From Eremomyces bilateralis CBS 781.70 (lineage: Eukaryota), in NCBI GenBank assembly GCA_010015585.1, contig ML975152.1: a stretch of DNA of 64,000 bases; one strand, written 5' to 3'. The translations under genes were made by a program, and so were the position numbers. The notes below the pieces were generated by a model. The model made no database searches and was not told the DNA's origin. It saw only the letters and a list, made by a program, of their open reading frames with translations. Of the stretch, positions 1 to 12,850 are shown piece by piece. Position 1 is the stretch's first letter; every line of letters begins with the position of its first letter.

Positions 1-530
1 TACCCGCAGCCTCAGGGCTACGGGGAAACTTTTGCCCGCGGCAGACCAGATAGAATATCGTGCTCATAGACCCGAAAGGGATCCAGATAGTACGTTAAAT
101 TGATTCTTATTATTATTATACCGTATGATACAACCCTTGATGCTCTTTGTTTAGCTCTACCTTACTTTCAGTTAATGCTCATGGCGGTCATCCGGATCCG
201 AACAGGGTCCCCAGGATGCGAACCTTAGTCGGACCACACTTGGGTTGGTCGCAAGAATCGTTTCCGGGGTCGGAATATCGTCATCTTCAGCAGACACGGG
301 TTGCAATACAGCTGCCGGACCCAGCAGAGGTGGACGACCCCAAGGAAACCGAATTGGACGACACCCCGATCCTCGCTCTTACTAGAGCGCAGTGGTTACT
401 ATTAAGCATCCCCCAGATGCACCAGATACATCGGAACTTCCAATTGATCATCCGTCCACATTCAGCGAAGTCGAAAGGCGAACTGATTGACGGTCTAGAG
501 GTGTTTTTCCACTATCCTAGGAATAGATAA
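1..530 (+). CDS. Possible 3' part of a hypothetical gene (5' end outside window)
   Basis: Open frame 2-89, then a GTACGT...TTTCAG intron-like segment 90-171 that splices in frame (D-I-N-A-H-G) onto ORF 147..530. No recognisable domain. Confidence 0.3.
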
Positions 531-1317
531 GAGGGTGCGTATAGGGGAGAGTAGGTTCGAAGGGATGGGTGTTCCGCAACGTGGTCCGGAGCGAATGACG
601 AGATAAAAGTAGTGAAGATTTAACGGTACGAAATGGGATGAAAGAGATCGATGCTTCCCTTCGGTGATGGAGTCATTGAAATGGTTACACACAGGATTTC
701 CTTGACAATGGGTTATGGGCGGCCCCAAGTAGACACGGACCAGTGTCGTTAATAGCAAGTCCAACATGAAGAGTTACTGTCTGATACCTAAGGCACCAAG
801 CCTGCGAAGGCACCCAAAGGTCCCCGCAGTAGCACCTACTACCAGGTTCTCGCTCGGCTCTAGAGTTTTCGTTCCTCAACATCTATCTCCTCTAGACCTA
901 TCCAGCTCCAAAGCTATTGGCAGTTTTTGCAATCATCGCATGATATTTTCGCTGGCTGTAGAGCAGGTATTATGGCTATTGCTCAACCTTCTTGAAATGG
1001 CCTTCAATGGCCAGAGCTAGATTCCCTATTCATAACTATATTTAGTGTGGAGTTACTAACTCCCAATTATTGAGTGCTGAGGCGAGGCGCCTACCCCTGC
1101 TGATACGCTACGGTATGCTGCTGGTCTGCCGCAGCCCGCGTCGCAGAATTGGTTCTGAAGAGGCGGAGTAATCATCGATTCGGACTAGTACTTTTGACCG
1201 GAATTTGTCAAGAAGGGCGTCCTTCGAACTTCATGCTTGAGTTCCTTTCTCATTTTCTTTCTTTAAGCCTGTACGACCAGTCCGTCATTTTCTTCTCTAT
1301 TTGAAGTTCCGCCTACC

Positions 1318-2481
1318 ATGCCTTCCAAGAAACTGTCTAACGATGGCCGCCCGGACGACGCACTGTCCCTCCATACCAACCCAGATCTCGAACCCGAGCC
1401 GTACCGCGATGATGCCGCCGACGATGATACTCCTGATATCGGAGACCTTCCACCTGCATACACTGACGATCTGATACCCCAGCCCGATAATTTTGTCTCT
1501 GAACTGAAGCCGTTCGGAGTGTCGGATTCTAGCAACAGCGCGGCATACTATATCAATCAGCGTCTCGACGCCGACCCCGCCTTCCTCGAGCGTGCCGTGA
1601 ATCGTTGGGCGAAAACTCCACCGCGACCATTTGTCCAACTTCGCGGCACGCACAAGGAGCACAAGGAGACCAAGGACAATGGGAAGAAACGCGTAGACGT
1701 CGTAGATTTCGATATCAAGATCGACTTGACACCCTATCTGTATACGGACCCCAAGTGCGACCGGGCGTGGACCTCGATGCGGACCGTCGAGAACACCGAG
1801 AAGACGCACCGTGGGACCGTTTGGCGAAAGCGTGGGGCGGGAGCCAAGCAGGATATCGAGGTTGGCGGGAGCGCGAAGCCGAGCTTGAAAGAATGGTGCC
1901 ACCGATACTGCGCATCTCATGCACGCCTACGAAGCTTTCGCGTGACGAGGACCGTCACTGGACTCGATAACAAGCTTCTTTGCCGGTCACTCGAGGCGCT
2001 GGTTCGCCAAACCAATTATAGGGGCCATCTCTCCATCACGTTCCCCCTCGAGCAGAACGCCGTCGAAGTGTATTCGGATGCCCATATCAATCACTGGCGC
2101 TTGACATTCTGGATCTGCTGGATCTTCTACTTCACGCTCTTATTCATTTTCACCTGGCCGGCACTCTTCTTCGCCACGAAGCGCTACGCGGTAGTTATCG
2201 TTGAGTGGCCGTTTTCCCGAATGGACGACGCAGGTCGGAAGAAGTACGTCTCGGTCAGTGAGGAGTCGTGGCTCTTGCAGTGGAACCGCGCGGTTTTCAA
2301 GGCCATTATGGCGAAACGCCAAGGCGTCCTGGATCAGCAGGATCTGCTTCAGTCACATCTGCCAGATCCGGAAGTCGATACCGGAAATCGAGCTATTGAT
2401 GGAGCTGTTGGACTTCTTGCTGCCGGAGTCAATGCTTATGCTGAAGTCAACAGGCGTCTCGGATGGGGACAGGACCGCTGA
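1318..2481 (+). CDS. Conserved fungal hypothetical protein (387 aa) with a PPAY motif and a hydrophobic membrane segment
   Basis: Single-exon ORF with gene-like codon usage. Acidic N-terminus with LPPAY; hydrophobic stretch FWICWIFYFTLLFIFTWPALFF. Confidence 0.8.
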   Translation: MPSKKLSNDGRPDDALSLHTNPDLEPEPYRDDAADDDTPDIGDLPPAYTDDLIPQPDNFVSELKPFGVSDSSNSAAYYINQRLDADPAFLERAVNRWAKTPPRPFVQLRGTHKEHKETKDNGKKRVDVVDFDIKIDLTPYLYTDPKCDRAWTSMRTVENTEKTHRGTVWRKRGAGAKQDIEVGGSAKPSLKEWCHRYCASHARLRSFRVTRTVTGLDNKLLCRSLEALVRQTNYRGHLSITFPLEQNAVEVYSDAHINHWRLTFWICWIFYFTLLFIFTWPALFFATKRYAVVIVEWPFSRMDDAGRKKYVSVSEESWLLQWNRAVFKAIMAKRQGVLDQQDLLQSHLPDPEVDTGNRAIDGAVGLLAAGVNAYAEVNRRLGWGQDR

Positions 2482-2868
2482 ATGTCTTGGGGAAGACTCC
2501 TGTTCTGCCAAAGTTATGGTGTCAATTATGCAACAATTTGGCTTGGGATGCGCTTCGTTTTAGCGGCATTCGATTTTCCCGACGGCGTAGTTCCTGGTTC
2601 AAGTTCGTTTGGGTTTCTACTCGTCCTAGCCTTCGGATCCAGATGTTATCGTCATGAGTGTCATTACCTTACATATTGCTATTCGTTATGATCCACTTGG
2701 CACGTTGGGGGGTTTAATAATATCAATTGAATTCCACACAGCCAACAAAGTATTGGGGTTCTATGAGTTCATGCCGCATCAACGGCTGTCGGTATTTTGT
2801 AGCTGATTCGGACATAATACTGTACTCCCAACCCTGAAAGATGACCTCAACTGCACCATGTCTGGCTA

Positions 2869-3448
2869 TCAACAATGATCTCCACTCCCGGCTTCATCCT
2901 CACTCGGCAACGCCTTCGGGAACCACCCGAAAGTGCCCAATTTTATCCTGTATTCCATTCCATCATACTCGACCTCCACGCCCTCTTCTGTAAGCACATC
3001 CGCCTGCCTCTGAGCACCGCCTGGTCCCCTGCCGGCCATTAGCAATTGAATCGGGATATCCGAGCCTTCAGCTAACCTCGGACTGATTGCGCCTTTGGAA
3101 TTAATTATCCTCTGCCATGGGACATTGCCTCCATTAAACAGCTGTGAGTATCGATCGTCCGGGTCTGGCGCGGATGGAAGGTGCTTTAAGCATACGCCAA
3201 CCTGCCTATGGCATTGATCATGAATGGCTGAATGGCTATACCGGAGGAGATAGGGGTGAGCTTACCTTGCTCTTTCAGCTATTGCAGAAGTCAATACAAA
3301 ACAGGTCATTTCACTAGATTGATGAACACATACGGTGATCCAGTAGGAGAGCGATATGGCCGTACGTGGTGACTTTGCCGACTGGGACTTGTTGGACGGC
3401 TCGATAGACTGCTGAAAACCAGGCTGCCGCCTCCTCGGTGCGAGCCAT
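2869..3448 (-). CDS. ATL1: Alkyltransferase-like protein (ATL/MGMT DNA-binding family), 4 exons
   Basis: Hand-spliced exons 3448-3334, 3278-3266, 3205-3077 and 3028-2869 give MARTEEAAAWFSAVYRAVQQVPVGKVTTYGHIALLLDHPERARQVGVCLKHLP...VPWQRIINSKGAISPR-GPGGAQRQADVLTEEGVEV...GWFP. All introns are GT-AG. PWQR replaces the catalytic PCHR. Confidence 0.88.
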
Positions 3449-3724
3449 GGTTACTCGTTTAGAGACAGAGTGGTTTTACTAGTTTGAGCATATCAATCTA
3501 GGGCTTATACAGTCTGGGTTGTAAGGATAGTTGCTGGCTCTAGCTGATGCGCTGTATGCGCCCTTCACTAATTAGAGAAATTTCATTCATATATTCATGG
3601 GAGTGTCTCCTAATGTCGGAAAGCAGAAGTTATTAATCATCACGCAAGATTCCTTTGCTCGCACGCCTATTGATTCCATGAATGATTAACACGCCAAAAC
3701 AATCAACACCTAATTAAGACCTAT

Positions 3725-3962
3725 TAACACGTCTCGCGCACCACTAAAAAGACGTTCTACACCTACCTCAGTAGAGGGAACTGAGAGGTAGTTGCGTGCC
3801 GCTTGAGCTACGCAAAAATTCCCCAGAGATATATGAATAATGTGAATGCGAATATGACTATTGGGCGCATTCATATGAATAATATTCATGATATTCATAT
3901 TCGCGCTTCGCGAATATGAATACGGGCCATATTCGTATTCATTTATTCATTTCGGAGCTCTA
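3725..3962 (-). mobile_element. hAT-family DNA transposon relic (C-terminal dimerisation motif plus one terminal/subterminal repeat region)
   Basis: Minus-strand peptide AQAARNYLSVPSTEVGVERLFSGARDVL matches the hAT dimerisation motif (ARDYL..P.S....ERLFS). It abuts ATGAAT/ATATTC repeats ending in a TAGAGCTCC terminus at 3962. Confidence 0.7.
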
Positions 3963-4036
3963 CCTGTAGCTAGATCGTGTAGCTATGGTACTCCGTGTAT
4001 TAGACCTAATAGAGAGCCTCGTGCCTATATGCCCCC

Positions 4037-5317
4037 TCACAAACTCGACTTCTCCACCCCCACGGTGTCAGCAATTCTAAATACATACTTTACCGCACTC
4101 GCCTTGCCCTCCAACAAATCCGACAAAGCGCCCTCAATGCCCGCCAGTCCGCCCTTTCTGACTTCATGCGGGTGGGGCTTGAACCAGCCGTCTGCCAATC
4201 CCTTCCCGATCAGCCTAAAGAACACGAACCCGAAGTCCTTCCCATCATCATGGGCCGCGCCCACCTTCGTTATGCTCTGCTCTACGGTCGCGGGGATATT
4301 CTCGTATTTATTTTCCGGCAACACCAACGTGATCTCCCCATTCGGCTCCAGCACCTGGGTGATGTTCTTTTCCGGCAACACCAATGTGATCTTCCCATTT
4401 GGCTCCAGCACCTGGGTGATGTTCTGATAGCTGCCCTTCTCGCTCACCGCGTCGTACGCGTACTGCAGCTTCTTGCCCTGCAACGCGTCACGGATGCCCT
4501 TCACGACCGCCTCGTCGCCGGATCGGTAGTCGACGACCGTGTCGCCCTTGCTGCGGTCGATGAACGACTCGACGAAAGATGCGCCTCGTCCGGCCACGCA
4601 GATCAGCGGGTGGATGTTCGACTTGAGCGCGAACTGAAGGGCGAAGGCACCGACGGCGGAGGCGGCGCCGTAGATGACCAGTGGGGTCGGGGTTGTCGCC
4701 GGGAGCCATGGAGGGGATAATCCCAGGCGCTGATACAGTCCAACGGCCGCAGTCATGGCAGCGAGGGGGACGGTTGACGCTTCTATTCGTTTGCGAGGCG
4801 CAGTTAGCAGCCTGATTTTGGCCGCATTCCAGCGCCTGCCTTAGCGGAAATGGAGAGGGATGGTAGCTCACCTTCGAACGTCGTCGTCTTTGGGATGTGG
4901 AACGTGGTATGCTGCCACGCAAGGGCATATTCCGCGTAGCTCCCATGTGGTGTCACCATCTCATGGAAAGCAGCGACACGATCGCCAATCTTGAACTCGG
5001 TAACATTATCGCCAACCGAGTGCACAATTCCCGCAATGTCGTCACCTTGGTTGGTAGCGTAGTCGAGGAAGTTGGGCACTTTCCTACGCGCACGAGACAC
5101 GTCAGCAGGGTCTCCAGAAGGTCTCCATGAAGGGAAGGAAAATGGGGACGAGTCCAGGGTCGTCGATGAATGAGATGAGAGAAAGGGGCGCAAACCAGTC
5201 CTTCGGGTTCGAACCACTGACAACCACGTTGATGACTACCTGGTCTGCTCCCGGGGAGGGGACTGGAGAGTCGATGATCTGGACCTTAGGCCCCTTGGAG
5301 ACGACAGCCTCCTTCAT
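4037..5317 (-). CDS. MDR-superfamily zinc-independent oxidoreductase (trans-enoyl reductase/ToxD-like), 3 exons
   Basis: Exons 5317-5196, 5083-4872 and 4782-4037. Motifs SGSNPKDW, GDDIAGIV, GDRVAAFH, GSYAEY and YGAASAVG. Confidence 0.88.
4311..4424. repeat. 57-bp in-frame tandem duplication inside the reductase CDS
   Basis: Copies 4311-4367 and 4368-4424 differ at 3 positions and encode NITQVLEPNG(K/E)ITLVLPE(K/N) twice. Confidence 0.95.
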
Positions 5318-7525
5318 TGTTGCAGCTATGTTCCTTCTTCGATATCAGATCCCCTTGGATTGGGAAACGCTGAAGACAAAGTCGGTGGAAAGGCAGAACA
5401 GCTGTTGTCTTCCTTTAACAGTGTCGCGATCCTGCGATCGCGAGCCATTGATTACCAATCATGTCTTTCATCCGTAGTAATTTGTCCGGGTATGGACAGC
5501 CGATGGCGGCAAGTGCAAAGTGGAGCAATTGCATCACTCTTGAAGACCTCGGGCGACTTCTCAATTGCGGGACATGGTTGGAAATGGCTGGAAATGTAGA
5601 GTTCGCTATTACAAAATTCAGCCTTACCTCCGACTGGTCCACCATCGTAAATGGCGAGTTCATGTAGTCTTCAATATCCCCCTTGGGCTTTTCCGTGAGC
5701 AACCCTGTGTCAGTGTCATCCGGTAGAGCGAATTTCGTCCAGACCACCAAGTGAACGATCTTTTCGTCGATGAGATACGGCCAATCGTTGAGCAGAACCT
5801 TGACGTCTTCAGGCCTTCGGAACGGCGTGAGGTTGAGATCGAAGTCCTCAGGGGACCATCCGAGGCGCTTCTTGCGGATGAATTCGGCGACGGATCTCGT
5901 ACTTCTCTTTTAGCTCGTCCATATAGTGCTTGCATCTCCAGTGATCGGATAGTTTGCGCCGAAAGTTATCTATACGGCTGGAATCTAGTCGATGTTACTG
6001 ATGGCATCATAACTCGACTGTGCATGCTGCCGTACGAACGATCTTTTTGATGGCATCCTAGCCTAGTGGTTCAAGCGCAAAGACCGGCGTCCCGAGGATC
6101 AATTTCTCTCTTTCTGTGCAGCGGTGGAGGTATTCTGGATATCTTTCGGTCCATTCTTCTTCTGGTAGGTTGACGTTCCAGAAAGGATCCTGTTTCTGGC
6201 CCATGTTGAGTGTTGAACGGATCTTTTGAAAGAAAGGAGAGACCAGAAAGGCTGGATATGTTGGATACGGTGCGAAGAGTCTATGGAGTCTATTCGCAAA
6301 TGATCGAAAACTTCATCTGCAACGCAGCAAGCGCTGCCGTTACCAAACGCTCGGGAATGGAAGCGCAAAGATCTGGTGAAGAGCAAACGGAAGATAGTAA
6401 TTAAGGCATTGGCTTCCTACACTCTCCGTGATGAGAGGTTAGTCCATAAGGCAATAATGATAATCGTGAATCAATCATATCATGACACAATATCAACAAA
6501 CATTAGAGAGGTCAGGAGATGCGATCTGCCACGATGTACGACAAGTAGGTGCATGAATAACGGTGGTCTGACTAGGGATGTGTAAAATGGGTAGACTGGG
6601 AACATTGCAAAATACCAGTCCGATTTGAACGGGGTGCCTGCTGAGGGGTTTCTAAGGTACGAATGATTCGCAGCTCTGCGAGTACTGCGCGGATGACCGA
6701 CAGCAGAGGGTGTCATCACTCTTAGGTACCTTGCTTTATATAAGAGAGAAGCCATTTCCTTTTCGACACAGTACGGATAGTACAAGTGAGGGCATTGAGA
6801 AGGAGCTCATCCAAATTTATTAGTGTAAGTGTTGAAGAGCGGATCAAGGATCGAGTGCCGCTCAGTCAAAGAACCCAACATCTTACAGAACTCCAATGTC
6901 ACTGAGTGATCGATGTGTGGCTCTGGTAGGCCCCACTTGCGAACAGAAGAATTGACATGCACCAAAGCCGGCGATTCTGCGACAAATGAGGTTTAAAAAG
7001 GGCCGGATCTTCAGACCTGCCTTGCAGCTAAAAGAAACTACATAGTGAGAGGCAATGAAATCGGGAGGTCGACACAAACGAGTAAAAAAGATGGAGAACG
7101 CTGCTGAAGGTGCTATGATCAAGACGAGTATGTATACGTAAATGTACTTGAATCATAATAACAAAATGAAGGGATATGCACTTGATAGAATCATGGATGG
7201 GAGAGATCTTGAGAAAGGGGAAGGCAAGTGGCCTGGATGGAGTCAATGGAGGTCAAGCCGGAGATCTAGATTAGCAGAGTGCTGACTAATGAATTGATGA
7301 TGATAGAAATTGATGCCTAAGGAGTCAAGTTCAACGTCTGACATAGTGCTTCTCTAACCTTATTGATATGGACTCAGAATCGCATGTAAATTGTAAATAC
7401 CACCTGCACTTAACCTTCCTTGCGAATAGAATCCAGCTCATTCAGAGCATATTTTGGTTGTCTAATAGCCTGACGACCATAACTTACAAGAATCACCCAT
7501 CATATCAATTGACTCGGGAGCAACC

Positions 7526-8543
7526 ATGTCTCTCGCCGACTACCTCGCGAAGAACTACCTAACAGCTGACCCGCCATCTCAAAAGAAAAGCAAAAAGCGC
7601 AAACGAAATGCCGTGGAAGAGTCCAGCGTGACGATCGCCGACGATGATACTTTGGGCTGGGAGAAACCCCCCACGAACCCCGATGACGACGATGACCCGA
7701 CAACAGGTAAGTTTCCCTCCCAGCATTCGTCACCCAACATCTAACCATCCCCACCCCATAGTTTACAGCACCACCACCTCCTTCCGCAAATCCAAACAAA
7801 ACAACTGGCAATCCCTCGCCGCCGGCCCCTCTGCCGACACCGCCGCCGCGGACGCCATCATCGCGTCCGCCTCCGCCGAACACACCGCGCGCCAGGCCGC
7901 CGCCGACGACGCGCCGCAAGTGGAGGACTCCGACGGTGTGCTGAAGATGCAATCGGGCGCGCACGCGGGATTGCAGACGGCGGAGCAGGTGACAGCGGCG
8001 ATCGAGAGGAAGCGGGTGGAGGAGCGGCGGAAGATGCGGGAGGCGGAGCGGGAGGCGGGGGCGGAGGCGAAGGAGACGATATACCGGGACGCGAGTGGGC
8101 GGATTATCAACGTGGCAATGAAGCGGGCGGAGGCGCGGAAGAAAGAGGAGGAGGCGGCGAGGAAGGAGAGGGAGGAGGCGGAGGCGGGGAAGGGGGATGT
8201 GCAGCGGGCGATGAAGGAGGCGAGGAGAAGGGAGGTGGAGGAGGCGAGGTATTTGACGGTGGGGAGGAGCGTGGACGATGTGGAGATGAACGAGATGTTG
8301 AAGGGGGAGGAGCGGTGGAATGATCCGGCGGCGGGGTTCGTGGAGGCGAAGAGGGGGGGAAAGAGCGTGACTGGGAAGCCACTGTATCAGGGGGCGGCGG
8401 CGCCGAATCGATATGGGATCCGGCCGGGACATCGGTGGGATGGGGTGGATCGGTCGAATGGGTTTGAGAAGGAGTATTTCACGGCGAGGAATCGGAAGGA
8501 GAATCTGAAGAAGATGGAGTATGCGTGGGGGATGGATGATTGA
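7526..8543 (+). CDS. BUD13: Pre-mRNA splicing factor Bud13/Cwc26 (RES complex)
   Basis: Starts MSLADYLAKNYLTAD; intron 7707-7761. Motifs MQSGAHAGLQ, ETIYRDASGR, RWNDP and PNRYGIRPGHRWDGVDRSNGFE. Confidence 0.93.
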
Positions 8544-11057
8544 GGTATTCCGTGGTTCGGGCTACTCTCAATGTCCTCGAAGCAGTACTTTGGCATTCAT
8601 ATTATCTATGGAAGAGAGCCGCCTGGTTTGCAGCTTCACTTGGGCCGCCTTGCAGCACACCATGAGCAGCATGAAAGCTGCTGCCGCTGGATGATCGGGT
8701 CTACACGCTCCATGGCAGGGCTCTACTGTTCCTGGTGGATATATTCCCATCACGGAGGGGCTAGGAAGGGAGCCTCGCTTTCCATGTTGTCCTGAATCTG
8801 TTCCTGATGGATCGCAGCGTCTTCGGTCAAGTCCAGGCGAGAAACACAGCTACATTTGGAGTGGACTCGTGGACTCCGAACTAGCCCTTCGGACACAGCA
8901 TTGGCAACACCTGGCCGTCAACCAAGGCCAGTTCAGTCTCAAAATACCGAATCAAGAACCGCATCTGGTATTATTCAAGCACCTCATGTCCCATAATTTC
9001 GTATGCCGCATGGAAATCCATTTGTTCACCACCAAAATTGTACCCCCGAGCCACGCAAGTCAAACCACGGCCTCCGAATCGAGCACCGTACACACCAAGT
9101 CACCGAAATGATCTTCGATCTCCACAGCTCCACTCCACCGTGGTGTCCATATCGGGGAAGATATTGAGACATGGCGAGCTACTTATCCACAGTCCTATGA
9201 ATCATTCTTTACCAACCCAAGGTCAAGAATATCACCATCCATGCAGCCAATCGTCGAGCACCAAACTCTGTGACACGATGACTCCACGGGGACATCGCAA
9301 TTGATCGCATCAGATCGCGCTCGACGAGAGATGAAATATAATTCGGACATCTCCTTGAGTCACATAGCCGCAGGTGCCGGTTGATGGCCTCTACAGTCCG
9401 CAGGGCTTCGCATGGCTGGATGCTGTGATACGTCCTAGCTGTGTATGACAATCTATCTCCATTTTATCTCTACAATAACTTTGGAGTTTGGTATAAACTC
9501 CAAGCACAGCCACTTTATCCCCGGACGGGACATCAGATATCTCCCTGTAGTTGAGGACGAGGTGATAAGGAGCAAAACGTGACTCACCTTTCGATATCGA
9601 TACCCCTCTCTCACGCTCCCCAACCAGGAAATCCCAGGAATTAATCACCGCAGCCAAACCAGTTATCCAACCAAGTTACCAAGTCATCGCTTCCTCAATC
9701 AAGGACATGGGCTGTAAACGTCGCAGCACGTCACAGGCACCACCCCCATCCCAGGGAGCAGCTGCGCTCCAACATCTAACCTCTAGTCGCCTGCCGCATC
9801 CCCTCATGTACGCCACATGACACCATGGGCGTTCAGATGACGTCCACACAATCTGACCATGACCAGAACGTGCCCGAATCATCTGGCCTCGACTTCCCCC
9901 CTCTTTGAACCCTGATGGCTAATTTGACGCCGAAGAGTGCAGACATCGGAGCTCGGGAGATGACAGCGGGGAGCGTGCTCTCCAGGGATGGAAGCTTGGG
10001 ACCGGCGCATGCGATTGGGTGGAGAGGGGCGAGGGACTGTCAGGAACAAGCCAAGGAGTTATGAGACGCATGCGGAAAGTTCTTATCATTGCTTTAGCTA
10101 CCGTAAACTGGAGGGGGGAGGGTAACAAGAATGGAGCTAGGCGGTTGCATGTGGGGGATGACTGGAAACTGGAGAGTGGACGGTGGACCACCGCCCCTCC
10201 AGCCATTGCCCGAGGCTCGTCGATCTAGACAATCAGACAACCACCTTGATGGAAGCCTGAGATATCAATCTGAGATACGGTAGTGGAGGTATCGACTCTG
10301 CCAACAGGATAACAGAACACTGCACGCATCCCGATTTTCTTTGTCCAACTCCATTCCCAAGCACTGTTGACGTGCATTACTACTACATCTTACTCGAATC
10401 TCTTTGTTCCCCGGTCCCAAAGCTTCAGATCCACCGGGCCATCCTGTCATCGCCACTCTCGTGCTTGACGCCTTGGAGACGCCAATCACGCCGCCCACCT
10501 CATCCCGTGACGTGATCCGCTATTCCGCTTACTTATTTACCTGTACCTGTATCCCTCGGGTTAAAGAACGGTGTCAGCACGTTGCACACAGCCTACTACT
10601 ACAGTACCTCAAGTTACTGACTGCTGTGCATCGAACTATACTACATTTCCATACGGGTGACTCAACGCTAGAGGGACCAACCGCAGCAACCTGAACGTGC
10701 CGGATCTTCTAGAAGCGTGGAAGCTTTGTCGAGTCACCGCACCCATCGAGTCACTCAGCTCATTGCGGTGGTTTGGCTGAGTCCTTGATTGCAGTGCTAC
10801 CTGACAGTAGCGGCCTTATCTGCCCGGTCGTGGTTGCTCCGGCTCTTTGTTAAAACCCTCGCCGCGCCGTCCTTCTTCTCCCCCTCCATTATTAGCACCC
10901 CCCAACCACACTTTACCCCTCTCTTTATCTCCCTCCATAACATACCTACTCCGGATCCCCATCCTCAAGTCCTCAGTCCCATCAATCCATAATCGATCCA
11001 ACCATTTTATCTCCTCTATCCCATCGACGTTGCTCCGCCCCACCTACCACCCTTGCC

Positions 11058-11733
11058 ATGGCCTCTGAGCAATCCGTCCCCACCAACGACCTCCGCAGTG
11101 AGTCTATGGACTCAAAGCGCGACCACGACCACAAGAGCAAATGGGCCCATGGCAAAGTCACCGGTCGTGGCCAGGGTCCCAATGCCCACGGCCGGCCTAT
11201 GACGATCCATCGCAAGTAAGTATTCCCGTCCTATTCGGGACTGTGGGTCCGTAACGTGACGTACGGGAATCTCCGAGTGCGCAGGCTGACGACTCGCTAG
11301 GGCTCACGGCTGGGAGAGCGAGGGCGTCATTCGCTCCCACCGGCTCGCGAAAACCGCCCTCAAGCAAGATGTCCGTGACGAGGGCGTTGCGCACCACTCC
11401 GTGCCGGTCGGCGCCTCGCCGTCGGGGTCCTCGTCCGATGAGCACGCGAAGGAGGTGATCGAACCGTCGGCGGCGCCGGAGCCGGACGCGGAGATCACGT
11501 ACTCGTTCGACGCGGCGAAGGGGCCGGGCCACGGAAGCCAGTTGCTCAGCATGGCGGTGGAGCAAGCGGTGGAGCGGTTCGAGAACGAGGAGACGGAGAA
11601 GATCGTGAGGACAGAGTATGATCTGCTGGAGGCGGAGGGGGTGGCCGTACCGTTTGTAGGGAAGGGGAAGGAGAAGAAGACGGCGGGGAAGAAGGAGAAG
11701 AAGAAGGTCGAGGACGAGTATGAGTTTGTTTGA
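11058..11733 (+). CDS. Small hypothetical protein, 2 exons
   Basis: Exon 11058-11215; intron 11216-11300 (GTAAGT...GCTGAC...TAG) splices in frame onto the 11401..11733 frame (...DAEITYSFDAAKGP...EYEFV). Confidence 0.7.
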
Positions 11734-12850
11734 AGGTTCTGGTGCTTGAATGGGAGTTAGTTGGTTAGTGGTCGTGATGGGCTGGTACGACTGGTGTACA
11801 TCGTCCTGGGTCGTAGGACGGCCAGCCTGCCCGATGTTTCCTTGTGGGGTTTCCTGGTTTCTCCTTTGCCATTCATGTGGATCGACGATATGCGCGTCTC
11901 CATGAGCGAGGTCAGCTCACGAGTCTGGTCATCGTTCACCTTGAACCTCAGGCTCTTGTCGAACACCGACACCTGCATTGTTTACTCATCATTTCATTTT
12001 CTCGGGTATCACGGGGGCTATAGACTGATGAGCATTCCACGAAGCGATCTTGCATTCAATGGACGGAGCGGGAGTTCACTCTTCGCAGAGGATGTCCATC
12101 TGCATCATACCATGGACACGCAGCTGCAGGTCAACATTGTCAATATCCCTATAATTCATCAATGATAGAAAGAATACGATGCCTGTCGCCAGACGAATAC
12201 GTGCAGATGGCGTGATAGATCTACCGGATTCAATCGAGACAAAGTATCGGAGCTGTACGCGAGGAAACGGGTGACAATGGATTTTCGGAGCCGTTGCCGC
12301 GTTTCCACTCTCTTCGGACAAAAAGGTAAACCCGACCATCCGGGTTCACACAGAGGATTGTTCTGGAACATTAAAATCGCTTCGTGCGGCAAAATTGAGT
12401 GGTTGAATGCGGCTGAGCAGCGTTGAATTTCAGAGATACGATTATACGAGAGATGATTTGTGGGAGATTGTCAGCGCATTGCTGAGTGAGCATAACTGCA
12501 GCCTGACAGCCTGAGGTATCAACACTCTTTGAAATCCCGACGTCATTCAGCTCCGCCAATAATTGTCTTCTCCTCTTATCCATCGGCCTTCGTTCGGACT
12601 CCTTCAATCCATTTTCTGGTATTACAACCCACGAATCTCTCGTTTGATCCACGATTCTTACCTTCAATTGCTCTCAATGCTCCCTCTATCCCCCTCCCGT
12701 TCATGATTGCTTTTTCCTCTCGACCTCGAATGAAAACAATTCCTATGAGCCGCTCAACCATCTACCCGCTGACATCTCCTGACTGAGACTGCTCGTCTCC
12801 TCTCCTCTCTCCTCTCCATTCCTCCAACCTCAAACGTCCCAAAACCCACA

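Noticed and set aside
4037..4048. C-terminal SSL of the reductase as PTS1
   Set aside because: Non-canonical tripeptide; too weak to claim without data.
5415..6404. Possible fragmented gene upstream of the reductase
   Set aside because: Short ORFs on both strands with no recognisable motif or consistent splice model.
8600..11000. Short ORFs or ncRNA in a long intergenic stretch
   Set aside because: No coding bias and no tRNA, snRNA or riboswitch motifs recognised.
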